From Thermofilaceae archaeon (GTDB lineage Archaea; Thermoproteota; Thermoprotei; Thermofilales; Thermofilaceae): 18,984 nt of DNA. Both the position numbers and the translations under genes were made by a program. The notes under the pieces are model-generated. The model ran no database searches. It had not been told where the DNA came from and saw only the letters and a program-made list of their open reading frames with translations. The stretch spans positions 1 to 18,984 of the forward strand of contig JAVYWK010000032.1 in assembly GCA_038727095.1 (NCBI GenBank), written 5' to 3'. This document shows positions 16,465 through 18,984 of the stretch, one piece after another. How positions within the stretch are numbered: position 1 is the stretch's first letter; each line of letters opens with the position of its first letter.

Positions 16465-17205
16465 CTAGCCACCCCGGTAGCGGATGGGCCCTCCGCTCCT
16501 TTCCCGCAGGATCTCCATGCTCGCGAGGTTTACGCCGACCAGTACCTCCCGCTCGTCGTCGAAAACTCTGAAGAAGGCAGCCCCCTCCGGGTAGTCGTCC
16601 GTGTAGTAGATCGCGAGCAGCACAACCCTTCTCTCCGGCTTGAGCAGACCGACCGGCTCGTAACCCAGCGCTACCTCCTTCGCCCTCCAAACCTTCTCCG
16701 CCTCTACGTCGTCGTTGAGGACAGGGTCCCTGTCAGACCTCCCCACGCTCGGGTGGACGCTGACGACCTCGCCCTTCTCCAGGTCAACCACCGCGTGTAT
16801 GCTCTCGGTCCACATCTTCGCCAGCACCCTCCCCCCTGGCTCCCAGAACTCCTCCACCTCAACCCACACCGGCTCGTCCAGCACCAGTATGACCGTCACT
16901 CTACCATCGTAGACCAGCTGGTTGTAGAGAACCTCTTCCAGGGGCCTCCAACCAACGCTCCCGATCAACCCCCTAACTCTCTCGCTCCCACCGACTATCT
17001 CGAGAGCCCTCAGCGCCTCGTCGCTAGTTATCGCCCTGCCCCTTACCGCGCCCTCCACGCCCCCAACAGGCTCAGGCTTTACCGGCGCAGCAGGCGGAGG
17101 CGCTACAGGGGCTCCATCACCCGCTCGCTTCACGAGGGCAAGCGAGATTGCCAGCAGGATCGCAACTGCCGCTAAAAGAGCTACGTGAACCAGCCTCCTT
17201 CTCAT
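16465..17205 (-). CDS. Hypothetical membrane-anchored/secreted protein
   Basis: MRRR + hydrophobic helix + Pro/Ala linker (APVAPPPAAP). Start reassigned to ATG 17205, with TAATAA about 30 nt upstream. Confidence 0.72.
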   Translation of the reverse strand: MRRRLVHVALLAAVAILLAISLALVKRAGDGAPVAPPPAAPVKPEPVGGVEGAVRGRAITSDEALRALEIVGGSERVRGLIGSVGWRPLEEVLYNQLVYDGRVTVILVLDEPVWVEVEEFWEPGGRVLAKMWTESIHAVVDLEKGEVVSVHPSVGRSDRDPVLNDDVEAEKVWRAKEVALGYEPVGLLKPERRVVLLAIYYTDDYPEGAAFFRVFDDEREVLVGVNLASMEILRERSGGPIRYRGG

Positions 17206-17385
17206 CACTGCGTTATCAATTCGCTGATCGCTTATTACCTTTATGCTCCTGCCCGACCCTGCTTTAAAGATCGTTAAAGAGGAATTGGGTTGCATGATAG
17301 CGTCAAGCATTCGGTGGAGGCCTGCCGCAATGCTGCCGACCTAAAGGATAAAATAGCGGGACCGCATCTCCCACGGTGCCACACC

Positions 17386-17775
17386 CTGGTTTCGAGGCCC
17401 AGCGATTGGTTGAGGCAAGCGTTACACGACCTTGAGCACGCTAAGCGATCCCTCGAGGCCGGCGACTACGAGTGGGCTTGCTTCGCCGCGCACCAAGCCG
17501 CTGAGAAAGCGGTGAAGGCGCTCTACCAGAAGCTAGGGGTTGAAGTGTGGGGACACTCCGTCTCCAGGATGCTGGCTTCGCTGCCCGAGGAGTATAAACC
17601 TCCTCTGGAGCTGCTGGAGTGGGCTAAGGAGCTTGACCGCCACTACATTCCGACGCGTTACCCGAACTTTTACCCTGAGGGCGCCCCCATGGACTACTAC
17701 ACGAGGGGGGACGCGGAGAGGGCGGTAAGGTATGCGGAGGCAATCATCGAGTTCTGCAGATCTAAGGTTCTTTAA
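17386..17775 (+). CDS. HEPN domain protein (COG2250-type)
   Basis: DWLRQA..DLEHA...YEWACFAAHQAAEKAVKA...WGHS...LDRHYIPTRYPN. Start uncertain (CTG 17386 vs TTG 17290). Confidence 0.9.
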   Translation: MVSRPSDWLRQALHDLEHAKRSLEAGDYEWACFAAHQAAEKAVKALYQKLGVEVWGHSVSRMLASLPEEYKPPLELLEWAKELDRHYIPTRYPNFYPEGAPMDYYTRGDAERAVRYAEAIIEFCRSKVL

Positions 17776-18151
17776 GCTGGACTACGAGAAGGTGATGGCA
17801 GAGCTGAAGGCGTACGCCGAGAGAGCGGTGGCAAGGGGTGCGAGGGCCGTCGTGCTCATCGGCTCTCTCTCGAGGGGTGACTACACGGCCTTCTCGGACG
17901 CCGACCTCGTCATCCTTGTAGACCGCGCACCGGCGAACCCCCTCGACAGGCTGTACGATTACCTCGACCCGACGCTCTCCGTGGACGTTGAACCCCGAGT
18001 CTACACGATCGACGAGTTCATGGAGATGGCGGAGCGCGGCTCAAGGCTCGCATTCGAGGTTATTACGCACGGGAAGCTTCTAGCTGGTGATGCAGGGATC
18101 ATTGAAAGGGCAAAGCTTCTCGCCGGAAAGCGGAGCATAAATGAAGCTTGA
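17732..18151 (+). CDS. Minimal nucleotidyltransferase (MNT), partner of HEPN
   Basis: LIGSLSRGDYTAFSDADLVI (GS-x10-DxD). Overlaps the HEPN 3' end by 44 nt. Confidence 0.9.
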   Translation: MRRQSSSSADLRFFKLDYEKVMAELKAYAERAVARGARAVVLIGSLSRGDYTAFSDADLVILVDRAPANPLDRLYDYLDPTLSVDVEPRVYTIDEFMEMAERGSRLAFEVITHGKLLAGDAGIIERAKLLAGKRSINEA

Positions 18152-18290
18152 ACACCAACAAACGAAGCCTCCAAGGCTCCTCATGAGGGTCTCCAGCATC
18201 ACCGTCGCGACGATCGCTGGAGGCATCGGGAGCCTCCCCAGCGATCTGGAGTAAAACCTGTTGAAGCCTATTCTACATTAAAATAAAAAG

Positions 18291-18509
18291 TTACTCACTT
18301 TTCAAGTGTTTTATGAAGAATTCCATGGCTCTTTGGACGACTTTATCTAGAGGCACATAATGGCCGCTATCGTACCAGTAGACCTCCTTCGGCTCGCCCG
18401 CCCGCTCAGCGAGCTGCCTCTGAGCTTCCGCCGGCACAACTGTGTCGTAGCGGCCGCAGTGGAACTGGACCAGCCTGGGCGAGAAGCGCCAGATGAAGTT
18501 TAGCGGTAC
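18291..18509 (-). pseudogene. C-terminal remnant of an alpha/beta hydrolase
   Basis: PLNF...HCGRYDTVVP...PKEVYWYDSGH retains the triad Asp and His. The nucleophile-elbow half is missing and ABC ATPase sequence lies in its place. Confidence 0.75.
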
Positions 18510-18984
18510 GAGGAGATTGAGCGCAAAGCGAGGGACGCGCTGCACCTCGTCCGCCTAGAGGGGCTCGAAGACAGGTACCCGCTCCAGCTGAGCGGTGGGT
18601 AGCAGCGGAGAGTAGCGCTTGCCAGAGCTCTCGTAGTCGAGCGGAGAGTCCTGCTCCTCGACGAGCCTCTCAGCAACCTCGACGCGAAGCTCAGGCTGGA
18701 GATGAGGGGGGAGATAAAGAGGATCCAATCAACCCTCAAGGTCACGGCAATTTACATGACTCACGACCAGGAGAAGGCGATGAGCCTCGCCGACTGCATC
18801 GCGGTGATGAACAAGGGCCGTGTCCTCCAGGTGGGCACCCCTCGGGAGATCTACTCGAAGCCCAGCAACCTCTTCGTCGCGACTTTCATCGGTAGAAGCA
18901 CGTACCTCGTCGACACGGCGGTGGAAGTCGCGGAGGGTAGAGTCCGCCTCCGAGTGGACGGCCAGCTGCTCGAAGGCTTTCTGG
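18510..18984 (+). pseudogene. 5'-truncated MalK/PotA-type ABC ATPase with an internal stop
   Basis: My translation: [40 protein letters not shown]...LLLDEPLSNLDAKLR...THDQ...P.NLFVATFIG. TAG at 18600-18602; no Walker A or start codon. Confidence 0.9.

Noticed and set aside
16441-17175. 244-aa plus-strand ORF
   Set aside because: Antisense shadow of the minus-strand membrane protein, with atypical H/P/R/Q-rich composition.
18600-18602. In-frame TAG as pyrrolysine or stop-codon recoding
   Set aside because: It replaces the signature Gln by a single C>T change in a 5'-truncated, decaying gene. TAG is a normal stop elsewhere in the window.
109-18745. Numerous short ORFs nested in or antisense to the main genes
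   Set aside because: Expected shadows of GC-rich coding sequence, with no family motifs.

Overview
GC-rich archaeal chromosomal window. TATA-box and leaderless gene starts, a fused ThiDN, a C/D box sRNA and HEPN-MNT/VapBC modules point to a hyperthermophilic Thermoproteota lineage, probably Thermofilaceae-like (inference). It holds about 18 intact CDSs: a HisC-like aminotransferase (cut by the window start), a D-2-hydroxyacid dehydrogenase, an OYE/2,4-dienoyl-CoA-reductase-like flavoenzyme, an NADH oxidase/CoA-disulfide-reductase-like protein, QueT, ThiDN, a PRTase, a stand-alone HerA/DUF87 ATPase, a xylose-isomerase-family enzyme, AbrB-VapC, an S49 peptidase fusion, DUF2284, HEPN-MNT and two hypotheticals. 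At the right end are two 5'-truncated pseudogenes joined back to back. Not shown by the ORF track: a C/D box guide sRNA at ~6679-6735 and, divergent from it, a ~120-nt structured leader ahead of queT. That leader is the most novel candidate (possible preQ0/preQ1-type RNA switch, unproven). No CRISPR array, tRNA, rRNA or transposase was found. All family calls come from motif recognition by eye, not database searches.
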